Shown here piece after piece: positions 9,616 to 18,871 of a stretch of 64,000 bases of DNA (its first letter is position 1; every line of letters begins with the position of its first letter). Source of the DNA: an uncultured Collinsella sp. (GTDB taxonomy: Bacteria > Actinomycetota > Coriobacteriia > Coriobacteriales > Coriobacteriaceae). A model generated the notes under the pieces. The model was not told the DNA's origin. It was given only the letters and a program-made list of their open reading frames with translations, and searched no databases. A program made the translations under genes and the position numbers. The stretch covers positions 1,899 through 65,898 of the forward strand of contig CBCSLZ010000001.1 of the NCBI GenBank assembly GCA_965141245.1, in the 5' to 3' direction.

Positions 9616-12600
9616 CTACCGACGTTTGGTGAACACGAACACGCCGACGATGGCGAGACCGATGACGCCGGCGGCAACGCCAACAATGGCGAGCGGATTG
9701 GTGCCAGTCTCCTGCTCAGAAGCACTAGAGGACTTCTTAGCAGTGGTCGTGGAAGCAGCACCCGTGTCGGACTTGGAATCGGACTTCTTGTCGGACTTCT
9801 TGTCGGACTTGCTGTCCTTCTTGTCAGACTTCTTGTCAGACTTCTTCTCGTCCTTCTTATCGGACTTATCGGAGTCCTTCTTGTCGGACTTGTTGTCCTT
9901 GGTCTCGGTCTTGGTCGACACCGTCGTCTTGGTCGTCGGCTTATGACCCGGGGCGACAGCGCCGCCCTTCGAGCCGGAGCCGGAACCCGTGCCAGTGCCA
10001 GTGCCAGTGCCGGAACCAGTACCGGTACCAGAACCGCCGCCGCCATTCGAACCAGCGCCGCCATTACCGCCAGGGTTAACGGCATTCTTGGTCCACTTGG
10101 CATACAGCGTCAGATCGGCCGTCACCGGCGTGCTAAAGTCATACGCCTGCGTGCAAGCCTCATCGGTATACCAACCGCCGAAAGTGTAGCCATCGCGCGT
10201 CGGATCGGCCGGCTTGACCAGCTTGCCATCGGCCGTAGCAACAAACTTAGTGTCGCAAGCAGACCCGCCGTTGGAGTTAAAGGCAACCGTCCAAGACTCG
10301 ACAGCTCCAAGTTTAAACAGCGTGCCCGAATCATTAATGTAGTAGAGATTGCCAGAAGCATCGGCAATGACCGGAGAGTCACAGTACTGGTAATGGCCAG
10401 CCGCATCATAAATCTGCGTCGCCTCTGCATCGCCGAGCGTATAGCGATACACGCCACCACCAACAGAGTAGTTGACGTAATCCTTGCTATCCGCGCTGTT
10501 AACGGTGAAGTACACATAGGTCTTGCCGCCCTGAACACTCACCAGCGGAGTAGCAGCAATACCGTTGAGGCCAGCCGGCAGCGCCTTGCCGTCGGCAGCA
10601 GCGACCATCGTGGTCTTACCCGTCTTCAGGTTATAGAGAACCAGAGCAGAGCCAGTAGCCGTCTGTCCGCCGACAATCAGATTGTCACCAGACACCGCAG
10701 GGGCGCTCAGATTATTCGTAAGGCCCAGATCAACCGTCTTCTGTTCACTCAGCACGCCCTTCGCCGAAAGCGAAATCACATGGAGCTTTCCGTCGTGCGT
10801 CATCTGATAGAAGGTCGAACCATTGGACGGATCGGCAATGCAATCGGCATTTGCGACAGCGCCGAGCTTCATGGTCGAAACGACATCGCCCGTCGTCTTA
10901 TCAATGCACTTAAGCGTACCCGCGCTCGTAGGAACGATGGCATACTTATCCGTCAAAGCCGCACCAGTCCAGTAATAGCCCTCGGCAGGGTCGATGTTCT
11001 GCCAAGAAACTTCGCCCGTGGTAATCTTAATGCGCGCAAAGGAGCCGTTGCCGTAGGTCGCGTTGTAATTCTCGTCATACGAAATATCGACCGAGCCTAC
11101 ATAGACGTACTCGCCGTCCGAAACGACGGTGCAGGAGCTCTGCGTCAAGTCCGTCAAACCAGGCGTCAGCCACTTGCAGATCAGCTTGTCTGCAGTAATC
11201 GCCTGGACCGCACCGCCGTTGAGCGGAACGATAATAAGGCCATTGGTATAGATCGGACGAGAGGTATAGCTCACCTTGGAGGCAAGCGGCGCAGAGGCAA
11301 CCTTTTTGCCCGTGGACGAATCGATCTTAATGAGCTCGTTCTCGGTCGCGATGTACACAAAGCCGTTAGCAATGACAGGCTCGCTGCAGTTGGCATACTG
11401 CTGACCAGACTCGGCCTTCCAATCGAAGGCCCACTTAAGACCGGCGGACTGCGCAGGCGTCTTGGCATCCGTTACGGTCGAACCGTTGCCACTGTTGCCG
11501 TAGCCGGCCCACTCGGCATCCCAATCAGGAGTCGTCGCGCTCGGATCCACGACAATCTTGTCGGGATCGGGCATGGGCGAATTATCGGTGGTATAGGCAA
11601 GCGTGACCTTATCGCCGCTCTTGAGCTTGACCTGGTTGGCGCAGAGAGATGAGAACTCTCCGTTGATAAACAGACGCCAATATTTCTTGGTCGCACCATC
11701 CCAGCCATACGGCTTGTGATCGAACGGCGAAGTAATGGAATTGAGGAACCAGTAAGCACCATTCTGGGAGGCGTTGTAATCAACGCCCTTCGCCTTCAGA
11801 ACCGTCTCAATGAAATCCTGAGCCGTGGAGCCTTCGGGCAGAGAAACATTGCTTGCCGAGCCCCAGCGAGTATTGTTGCCGTTGACATCGGGGCCGATAA
11901 CATCGGCGGATCCAAACACCTGACCAGGGAGGGCATCGCTGTCGCCAGCATACATAAAGGTGACGGCGTCGCCGGGTTGGAGCTCGTAGGCACCGGCGCC
12001 AACGTCGGCGAACTTGCCATTTACGTAGAAGCGCCAATAGCTATTGGTCGCAGCATCATAGCCACAATAGGACTTACCATCGAAGGGCGAATAAATGCCG
12101 TTGAGGAACCAGCCCCAAGACGATTCGCCAGCATCGAGAGTAAGGCCGACCTGCTCAAGGAGATCCTTGGCAGTGGAGCCTGCCTTGAGGCTCGTCTGGC
12201 CCGTCGAAGCCCAAACCTGCTGCTTGCCGTCCTTGTCCTTGCCAAGCACCTGAACGGAAGCATGGACAGAATCGGACGGCAACTGGTCGCCCCAGCCACC
12301 GTAGAACCACGTGACGGTATCGCCAGCATGGATGGTGACATTGTCCGCCGTATAGTCACTCGACTTGCCGTTGATAAACAGCTGCCAATAGGTCGAATAA
12401 TCTTGGGGCGTACCCAGCTCAACACCGTTGTACTTAAGGCTCAGAATGAAGGAGCCCGCAGCAACAGCGTCAATATCATTCGCCTCAAGCGCGACCTTCG
12501 TAAGATCAAGCGCGCTCGAACCGGACGTCACCACATACTGCGCGTTGTCGACCCAGGTCTGAGTCTTGCCCTGGGCATCGCGACCAATGACGGTCACATT

Positions 12601-13497
12601 CGCAGCAAGCTGGTCCTTAACGACAGGGGACGCGCTACCACCCGTAAAGGCAAACTCAATCTTCTGCCCCTGGGTGAGTTTGACGCTGCTCGCGCCAACC
12701 GAGGAAGACGCGCCGTCGACGAACAGCTGCCAGAAGGCATGAGTCGCCGGATCGTAGGCAAGCGTGCGGCCATCGCTCGGGGAGGTGATGCTTTCGAGGT
12801 AGAAACCGTATGCCGTGTTCGGATCGTACTTCGCCTTGAAGCCCGTCTTCTCCTGCAGCTTAATGAAGGCATCCGCAGCCGTCGCGCCCTCGTCGAGCTT
12901 GAGCTGCGTAGGCGCCACCCAGGTCTGAGCCTTGCCGTCGGCATCGGTGCCGATAATCGAGAACGAGACCTCGATTTGCTTCTTGACGACATCGCCAGTT
13001 TCTGTCGGGTTCTCTGTCTGGACGGCAGCCGCGGCGGCAGATCCTGCTTGGCCAGCGGATGCCGTCGAAGACTGCTCGCTCGTGGCAGGGCTCTCCCCCG
13101 TCACCGAACCTGCGTCGCCAGTTGCTGCCTCTGTTGTGGCGGCACTAGCTGCAGGCGCGCTCCCGGAATCTGAAACCTCGGCGCCGCTCTGCTCAGCGGC
13201 ACCGCCCGCAAGCGCTGCGTCCTCGCCCGGCATCGCAGCCTGAGCCACAGCCTCGGCAATGCCCTCGGCGCCCTCGGCCCACAGCTGAGCCGGCGTGGTG
13301 CCAAAGGCCATCGCGAAGGCCAGGAATGCCACCAGGCCGCGCTTGGCTACGCCGCGTGCAATCGCGCCACGGCGATGCAGCGAGGCGCGCTCGCGCTCGT
13401 CCTCAAACATATCCATTTGTCCCCCATTGTCTGTACTTGGAGCGTTGCCTTGAGGCTGCCCCACGTCATCACGCATGTTGCGCTCGAGTTCCCCCAT
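9616..13497 (-). CDS. Large cell-surface protein: 4 DUF4430-like repeats, PQQ-type beta-propeller, InlB B-repeat, C-terminal membrane anchor
   Basis: SD GGAAGGGG before ATG 13497; signal-like hydrophobic stretch; four repeats of form G(A/S)(T/S)A.D...W.(L/F)(F/Y)(V/I)(D/N)G...G(D/Q).(I/V); propeller-like SEPVIANGFVY and DSPVIADASGNLYY; B-repeat FNSNGGS...PADPTRDGYTFGGWY...LYAKW; TM helix then KRR. Confidence 0.8.
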   Translation of the reverse strand: MGELERNMRDDVGQPQGNAPSTDNGGQMDMFEDERERASLHRRGAIARGVAKRGLVAFLAFAMAFGTTPAQLWAEGAEGIAEAVAQAAMPGEDAALAGGAAEQSGAEVSDSGSAPAASAATTEAATGDAGSVTGESPATSEQSSTASAGQAGSAAAAAVQTENPTETGDVVKKQIEVSFSIIGTDADGKAQTWVAPTQLKLDEGATAADAFIKLQEKTGFKAKYDPNTAYGFYLESITSPSDGRTLAYDPATHAFWQLFVDGASSSVGASSVKLTQGQKIEFAFTGGSASPVVKDQLAANVTVIGRDAQGKTQTWVDNAQYVVTSGSSALDLTKVALEANDIDAVAAGSFILSLKYNGVELGTPQDYSTYWQLFINGKSSDYTADNVTIHAGDTVTWFYGGWGDQLPSDSVHASVQVLGKDKDGKQQVWASTGQTSLKAGSTAKDLLEQVGLTLDAGESSWGWFLNGIYSPFDGKSYCGYDAATNSYWRFYVNGKFADVGAGAYELQPGDAVTFMYAGDSDALPGQVFGSADVIGPDVNGNNTRWGSASNVSLPEGSTAQDFIETVLKAKGVDYNASQNGAYWFLNSITSPFDHKPYGWDGATKKYWRLFINGEFSSLCANQVKLKSGDKVTLAYTTDNSPMPDPDKIVVDPSATTPDWDAEWAGYGNSGNGSTVTDAKTPAQSAGLKWAFDWKAESGQQYANCSEPVIANGFVYIATENELIKIDSSTGKKVASAPLASKVSYTSRPIYTNGLIIVPLNGGAVQAITADKLICKWLTPGLTDLTQSSCTVVSDGEYVYVGSVDISYDENYNATYGNGSFARIKITTGEVSWQNIDPAEGYYWTGAALTDKYAIVPTSAGTLKCIDKTTGDVVSTMKLGAVANADCIADPSNGSTFYQMTHDGKLHVISLSAKGVLSEQKTVDLGLTNNLSAPAVSGDNLIVGGQTATGSALVLYNLKTGKTTMVAAADGKALPAGLNGIAATPLVSVQGGKTYVYFTVNSADSKDYVNYSVGGGVYRYTLGDAEATQIYDAAGHYQYCDSPVIADASGNLYYINDSGTLFKLGAVESWTVAFNSNGGSACDTKFVATADGKLVKPADPTRDGYTFGGWYTDEACTQAYDFSTPVTADLTLYAKWTKNAVNPGGNGGAGSNGGGGSGTGTGSGTGTGTGTGSGSGSKGGAVAPGHKPTTKTTVSTKTETKDNKSDKKDSDKSDKKDEKKSDKKSDKKDSKSDKKSDKKSDSKSDTGAASTTTAKKSSSASEQETGTNPLAIVGVAAGVIGLAIVGVFVFTKRR
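9775..9900. repeat. Imperfect 12-bp tandem repeat encoding a (DKKS)n linker
   Basis: Repeated GACTTCTTGTC(G/A) units within the surface-protein CDS. Confidence 0.75.
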
Positions 13498-13557
13498 CGG
13501 GGTCCCCCTTCCCTCCAGAGCCCTATGCACACCGGCGGCATACGCCGCAGCCGCATG

Positions 13558-13733
13558 CAAGATGGGAGGCGATCCGACTTAACCTTAACGGCTCAGGCGC
13601 GCCGTCCGATCTGCGACGCGAACATCCCGAGCCAAGAGGAATTACGGTTACTGGTACAGCCGGGGACTTGCACCCCGATTCTCCCAAACGCGCAGGAAAA
13701 CCGCGCATTCGTGCGTCTCCGCACCACCATCTA
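13558..13733 (-). promoter_or_regulatory. Cobalamin (B12) riboswitch
   Basis: Minus strand: AGATGG...GGGAGAATCGGGGTGCAAGTCCCCGGCTGTACCAGTAACCGTAA...TTAAGTCGGATCGCCTCCCATCT. Has the GGTGCAAGTCC T-loop hairpin, an ACYGTAA-like element, a B12-box-like 3' end and closing stem AGATGG/CCATCT, about 60 nt upstream of a DUF4430 gene. Confidence 0.8.
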
Positions 13734-13847
13734 GGCCATCTATTATTACCGTCAAAATGGTATCACGCAAAAGGGCCCCGCACGCAGGCGAAGCCCAAGG
13801 TAAAAGCTATTGTTTGCGATAGGAAAATGCGGTGACGGTCGCAGCCT

Positions 13848-15611
13848 CTAGCGCTTGCCGCCGTGGCTGTTGAGCCAGATATTGCGGCCCAGCATAAGCG
13901 CCAGCACCAGCGCGCTCACGTAGCCCATAAAGCCAATGACCGGGATACCAAACACAACCGGCTCGATGCGCGCGTAGTACACCACCGACGAACCGATAAA
14001 CAGACCGGCGATCACAATTGCCATCGACATACGGTCGATAATTCCGCCCAGCTGTCGCAGCGCCTTATCGCTGCTCATGATCTGCGTGTTCACCTTAAGC
14101 TGGCCGCGCGTAAGCATGCGCGAAGCCAAGCCCAGATACTCGGCCGCCTCGAGCGAGCCTTTTGCCGCGCGATAGCTGCTCGCGGCAAGATCGCGTCCCA
14201 TATCACGCACGCGCGCATAGGTGCTCTTCTCGTTTTTGATGTGCGTTTGGATAATCTGGATCATGTTGACGTTGGGCATATACTCGGTCAGCAAACCCTC
14301 GAGCGTCACCATGCCGCGCGCGAACATCGTCACCACGCTCGGCAGCTCAACGTCATTCTTACGCGCGAGGTTTAACAGCGAGGTCAAAAACTCGCCGATA
14401 TCCAAATCCTTCAGGTCAAGGCCCGCAAAGTCAGCCACGATAAAGTCAAGATCGGACAAAAACGCTGAATGATCGAGCTCGGCCGAATCGCCACGCGTCA
14501 CGGCAAAGCGCATGAGCGAATCCTTGAGCTTTGGCACGTCGCCCTCGGCCACGGCGAAAATCATGTCCTTTACGATACCGCGATCATGGCTCGACATGCG
14601 TCCGACCATGCCCAAGTCGATAAAGTAAACGATGCCGTCCTTGAGGATGATGTTTCCCGCATGCGGGTCGGCATGGAAAAAGCCGTCATCGAGCACCTGC
14701 GTCGAGTAGTCCTCGACAATCGCGGCACCGATCTTTTCCAAGTCATAGCCCTCGGCCGCCAAGCGTTCAGGATCGGCGATCGAAATGCCGTCGACGTAAT
14801 CCATAACCACCACGTGCTCGGTGCACAGGTCCAGATAGGACTTAGGGCACGTCACGCCATGAACACTCTTATGGAACTCGTAGAAGTCGTTGAGGTTTTT
14901 GGCCTCGGCCAAAAAGTTGGTCTCCTCGCGAAACGAGGTCCACAACTCCTCGACTACGCCGTGCAGGTCAACGAATTGATCGGTGTTGACGAACTTGGAA
15001 ACGATACGCACCACCGAGCGGATGATATCGATGTCCTGTGCCATAACCTGCTGCGCACCGGGGCGCTGCACCTTGACGGCCACGTTCTCGCCCGTCACCA
15101 GACGAGCGCGGTGCACCTGCGCGAGCGATGCGCTACCAAGCGGATTGGGGTCGATCGCATCGAACATCTCCCCCAGGCGCAGGCCGTATTCTTCTTCCAG
15201 ACAGCTGAGTACGACCTCGTACGGCACCGGCTCCACGTCGGAGCGCAGACGACGCAGCTCGTCGCAAAAGCGCTGCGGCAGAATCTCGGACCGGTTGGCC
15301 AAAATCTGCCCCATCTTGACGAACATGGGGCCGAGTTCCTCGAGCAGGCGGCGCAAACGAACCGGCGTGAGGTTATCCCACACGCGGTACTTTTTGACCA
15401 GGCGAACAATCTGCCCGATGCGTTCGCGACGACCCGCCGGCGTGAGCTGGTATTCCTCGTCCGGCGCCATCGCGTCGGGCTCCTCAGGGACCATATCGAC
15501 AGCGCGCGGCTTCTTGCGAGCGCCCGAGACGACGGCATCGACCTCATCGACAACCGCCGCCTCGTCACCCAGGGGATCTAGATTGTTGTAATCGGTGGTG
15601 GAATCTGCCAT
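13848..15611 (-). CDS. ABC1/UbiB-family atypical kinase
   Basis: LGPMFVKMGQ, PLGSASLAQVHRA, VAVKVQRP, FFHADPHAGN, IDLGMVG and two C-terminal TM helices. Confidence 0.92.
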   Translation of the reverse strand: MADSTTDYNNLDPLGDEAAVVDEVDAVVSGARKKPRAVDMVPEEPDAMAPDEEYQLTPAGRRERIGQIVRLVKKYRVWDNLTPVRLRRLLEELGPMFVKMGQILANRSEILPQRFCDELRRLRSDVEPVPYEVVLSCLEEEYGLRLGEMFDAIDPNPLGSASLAQVHRARLVTGENVAVKVQRPGAQQVMAQDIDIIRSVVRIVSKFVNTDQFVDLHGVVEELWTSFREETNFLAEAKNLNDFYEFHKSVHGVTCPKSYLDLCTEHVVVMDYVDGISIADPERLAAEGYDLEKIGAAIVEDYSTQVLDDGFFHADPHAGNIILKDGIVYFIDLGMVGRMSSHDRGIVKDMIFAVAEGDVPKLKDSLMRFAVTRGDSAELDHSAFLSDLDFIVADFAGLDLKDLDIGEFLTSLLNLARKNDVELPSVVTMFARGMVTLEGLLTEYMPNVNMIQIIQTHIKNEKSTYARVRDMGRDLAASSYRAAKGSLEAAEYLGLASRMLTRGQLKVNTQIMSSDKALRQLGGIIDRMSMAIVIAGLFIGSSVVYYARIEPVVFGIPVIGFMGYVSALVLALMLGRNIWLNSHGGKR

Positions 15612-15619
15612 CTGCGCTG

Positions 15620-16036
15620 CTACTCGGCCTCTTCGGTATCCTTCGCATCGTCGGGCTCAACGGACTCGACGGGCACCGAGGTCACGTTGTCCTCGACCGA
15701 ATCGACGATGTCGCGCACATGGGCCAGGAAGGCCGTGCGCTCGGGGGCGGTCATAACGCGGACGCGAGCAAGGATGAGCTCGTCGAGCACGCGCTGGGCC
15801 GCGGTCTCGCCCTGCATGCCCAGGCGCTCGGTCAGATCGGAGATGGTACCACCGGCCTGCTCGAACATGTCGGACACGCTGCGGGCGATATCGGGGGTGG
15901 CGGTGTCCTTGCGGACCTGCTCGCCCTTGGTACTGAGGTCGTCGAGAACCTTCTTGCTGCCCTCGACGGCAACGGCGGCAGCGCCAAAGCCAACGTTGAT
16001 GGCGCCGTTAACAAGCTGATCGAGTTTCATAACCAT
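15620..16036 (-). CDS. Hypothetical helical protein (phasin-like), co-transcribed with the ABC1 kinase
   Basis: GAINVGFGAAAVAVEGSKKVLDDLSTKGE resembles phasin-type N-termini; 8 bp gap to the kinase gene. Confidence 0.55.
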   Translation of the reverse strand: MVMKLDQLVNGAINVGFGAAAVAVEGSKKVLDDLSTKGEQVRKDTATPDIARSVSDMFEQAGGTISDLTERLGMQGETAAQRVLDELILARVRVMTAPERTAFLAHVRDIVDSVEDNVTSVPVESVEPDDAKDTEEAE

Positions 16037-16135
16037 GGTTGTCTCCAATCACAAACAACTGCATTGGCGTTCTTGTACCCAAGATTGAGCGAAAGCGACA
16101 AAGCGTTTTAGCACTATTCGATCGACGGGAAATCC

Positions 16136-17659
16136 CTACCTCACGTTGTCGTTCATCGCGAAAGAGTTCTTCATGGCGCAGCTCGTGGTGTAGAGCACCT
16201 TGCCCAGTAGAGCATCGGTCTCTACGCGAACACGCTCGGCAAAGGCCTCATTGGCGCGTGCAAGCTCGGCAGGCACCTCGGCCTCGGGCAGAACGGCTAC
16301 GGCAGCGTCGACGTCATGGATCTGCTTGTGGCCCATGCCACCGACCTTCTCCTGATAGTCCTCCACAGCGCGGCCGCACTCATGGAAGCGGACGTCGGCC
16401 AGGGCGCCAATCAGGCGGTTGGCCCAGTAGAAGTTTTCGGACGTCACGCGAGCCTGCGTGTCGGCATAGTACTCGGGCATGGTCTCGACGTTGGCGTACA
16501 GCGGAACCAGCGCGTTAAACGAGTTGGAACCAAAGGCCATCCACTGCACGGCGCGATACGCCGGCTGCGCATAGGGGCGCAGCTGCAACACGGCGAGCTG
16601 GCTATTGCGGTTGATGCCGATGGGGCGATAGGCGCCGCGCGTGGCGGGCGTGCCCTTGCTGCCGTAGCAGTCGTACTCCGTGCCCTGGTAGTGGCTCGAG
16701 AGCACGTACTTAATGTCCTCGATGGTCACCTTGCGCTCGGGCACGCGGCTCCAGGGGATATCGTCGCTCTCGGGCGTGTAGTCGGCGTCGGGGCCATCCC
16801 ACACGTCGCTGGGGTTGAGGCAGCGCTGCATGTACCAGACGCGCGGCGTGTTGTAGACGTGGTCGCTGTCGCTATGCGAGCCAAATGCCTCGCGCGGGTT
16901 AAAGACCGCAGCCGGGCCGTCGCCCTCAACGCCCAGCGTCAGGTCCAGATGCCACTCGGCCATCCAGGAGCGCAGGTCGGCGGAACACATGTGGTCGACC
17001 TGAGCGCCCTCGGCATCGTCCAGGTCAAAGCTGTCGATGCCCAGTTGGTTGGGCATGGTCACATAGGCGTCGTCGGGCACGCGCTTGGCGATCCAGTGGT
17101 GGCCGCCGATGGTCTCGAGCCACCAGATCTCGTCCACGTCGCTAAAGGCGATGCCGTTGTTCTCGTAGGTACCGTAGCGCTCGAGCAGGTCGCCCAGGAT
17201 ACGAACGCCGTCGCGGGCGGACTTGGCATACGGCAGGACCAGGGTCACCATGTCCTCCTCGCCCAGACCACCAGGCTGCGTCGGCACATAGCCGTCCTCA
17301 CCCTCGTTGCCCTTGGCGGGCACGTAGTCCACGAGCGGATCGGCGCCGAGGACGCGCGCGTTGGTGGTAAGCGTCTCGGTTGCGGACATGCCCACATTGA
17401 GCTCGTTGAAACCGGCCTCGGCCCAGATGCCGTGGCCCGGGACAACATCGGGGACGCTCGTATAGCGCATGGGGTTATCGGGCAGCTCAACGGTCAGGTG
17501 GCTCAGAACGCTCGTGTAGACACGCGGCTGCTCGTCGGGATGCACCACGCGCATGCGCTTGGGCTCAAACACCCCGTTGGACGAGTCCTCGTTGCGGGCG
17601 ACCAGCGTCGATCCGTCGTAGCTCGCATTCTTACCAACCAAAATCGTTGTGCACGGCAT
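16136..17659 (-). CDS. pepD: C69 family dipeptidase (Ntn hydrolase)
   Basis: MPCTTILVGKNASYDGSTLVARNED with N-terminal Cys nucleophile, SATET, GGHHWIAKRVPDD and YNTPRVW. SD GGAGG. Confidence 0.9.
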   Translation of the reverse strand: MPCTTILVGKNASYDGSTLVARNEDSSNGVFEPKRMRVVHPDEQPRVYTSVLSHLTVELPDNPMRYTSVPDVVPGHGIWAEAGFNELNVGMSATETLTTNARVLGADPLVDYVPAKGNEGEDGYVPTQPGGLGEEDMVTLVLPYAKSARDGVRILGDLLERYGTYENNGIAFSDVDEIWWLETIGGHHWIAKRVPDDAYVTMPNQLGIDSFDLDDAEGAQVDHMCSADLRSWMAEWHLDLTLGVEGDGPAAVFNPREAFGSHSDSDHVYNTPRVWYMQRCLNPSDVWDGPDADYTPESDDIPWSRVPERKVTIEDIKYVLSSHYQGTEYDCYGSKGTPATRGAYRPIGINRNSQLAVLQLRPYAQPAYRAVQWMAFGSNSFNALVPLYANVETMPEYYADTQARVTSENFYWANRLIGALADVRFHECGRAVEDYQEKVGGMGHKQIHDVDAAVAVLPEAEVPAELARANEAFAERVRVETDALLGKVLYTTSCAMKNSFAMNDNVR

Positions 17660-17745
17660 GCGCATCCTCCTTGAGCGAAGAAATCAAACGGCAACAGTGT
17701 ATCGCTTCGGCGCAGAAAGGGCGAAACCACGGCCTCGGCAGCCCC

Positions 17746-17977
17746 CGTGGTCAAAAAATGCCAAATATGAGTACTGTCACCAATTTAGTGGCAGCAAATT
17801 TCCCTGTAACGAGTGCCGAAAGTCCCCATTTGCCCAAAAGCAAGACAACGTTATTCCCCATAAGTTCAATAAAATAGGCTTCCTAACGATAATGGATACC
17901 GTTAGGAAGCCAAAAAGACGTAAGACATATGTGACTATCTTGGAAACAGTACTCATATTTGGCATTGTTTGACCACG
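17746..17977. mobile_element. MITE-like non-coding element with long terminal inverted repeats
   Basis: Left CGTGGTCAAAAAATGCCAAATATGAGTACTGT matches the reverse complement of the right end CGTGGTCAAACAATGCCAAATATGAGTACTGT (1 mismatch in 32 bp). AT-rich interior, no transposase. Confidence 0.55.
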
Positions 17978-18014
17978 TGGTATATAGCTAACCCCCTCAA
18001 ACAGCCCAAAACGC

Positions 18015-18869
18015 CTATTTCGATGCGCGCTCGGCCGCTTCGATCACGTGCTTGGCGAGAATTGCGGTGGTCACAGCCCCCACGCCGCCCGGCACGGGTG
18101 TGATGGCGCCAACGATCGGTTCCGCAGCATCAAAATCCACGTCGCCGACCAGTTTTCCGGCAGCCTCGTCCAAATTAATGCCAACATCGATGATCGTCTG
18201 GCCCTCGCGAACCGCATCCGCGCCAATCGTGCGCGCGCGTCCAACCGCGGCAACAACAATGTCGGCAGAACAGCACTCGGCAGCTAGGTCACGCGTATGC
18301 GTATGGCACGTCGTCACCGTGGCATTGCGAGCCGTAAGCATGGCGGTAACGGGACGGCCAATTACCAGCGAGCGACCAACAACGGCAACTTTAGCTCCAT
18401 CCAGTTCAACGCCGTAATGGTCCAGCAACGCCAACACGGCTTCTGCCGTGCAGGGAGCAAAGCCCTCGCCTCGCCCCGAAAGCGTGGTGAGCAGCGAGGC
18501 CGGCGTCATGGAGTCGACGTCCTTGGCGGGATCGAGTGCCGCGGCAACTGTATCCTCATCAAGCCCAGCGGGCAACGGACGAAACATCAGGCATCCGTGA
18601 ACAGCGGGGTCGGCATTGATGTCCTCAATAGCCGCCAGCAGCTCATCCTGCGAAACATCGGCAGGAAGCAAAACGCGGCGAGCCTCGATGCCAACCTTCT
18701 CGCAGCGCTTGAGGGCGCCACGCTCGTAGGATAGATCGTCCTCGCGCTCGCCCACGCGAACGATGGCCAGCGTCGGCACAACGCCGCGCTCGCACAAAGC
18801 CACGCAGCGGGCAGCGAGCTCCTCGGTCAAAGCACGGGCAACGGGAGCACCCTTCAGCAGCTCTGCCAT
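18015..18869 (-). CDS. folD: Methylenetetrahydrofolate dehydrogenase/cyclohydrolase
   Basis: PAKDVD, PCTAEAV, GRSLVIGRP, IDVGIN, GDVDF and ITPVPGGVG. Confidence 0.95.
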   Translation of the reverse strand: MAELLKGAPVARALTEELAARCVALCERGVVPTLAIVRVGEREDDLSYERGALKRCEKVGIEARRVLLPADVSQDELLAAIEDINADPAVHGCLMFRPLPAGLDEDTVAAALDPAKDVDSMTPASLLTTLSGRGEGFAPCTAEAVLALLDHYGVELDGAKVAVVGRSLVIGRPVTAMLTARNATVTTCHTHTRDLAAECCSADIVVAAVGRARTIGADAVREGQTIIDVGINLDEAAGKLVGDVDFDAAEPIVGAITPVPGGVGAVTTAILAKHVIEAAERASK

Positions 18870-18871
18870 GG

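Noticed and set aside
9427..13173. 741-aa and 485-aa plus-strand ORFs
   Set aside because: Antisense to the DUF4430 surface protein, which carries the coherent domain structure.
17649..17972. Short ORFs within the inverted-repeat element
   Set aside because: By-products of the inverted repeats with atypical composition and no SD.
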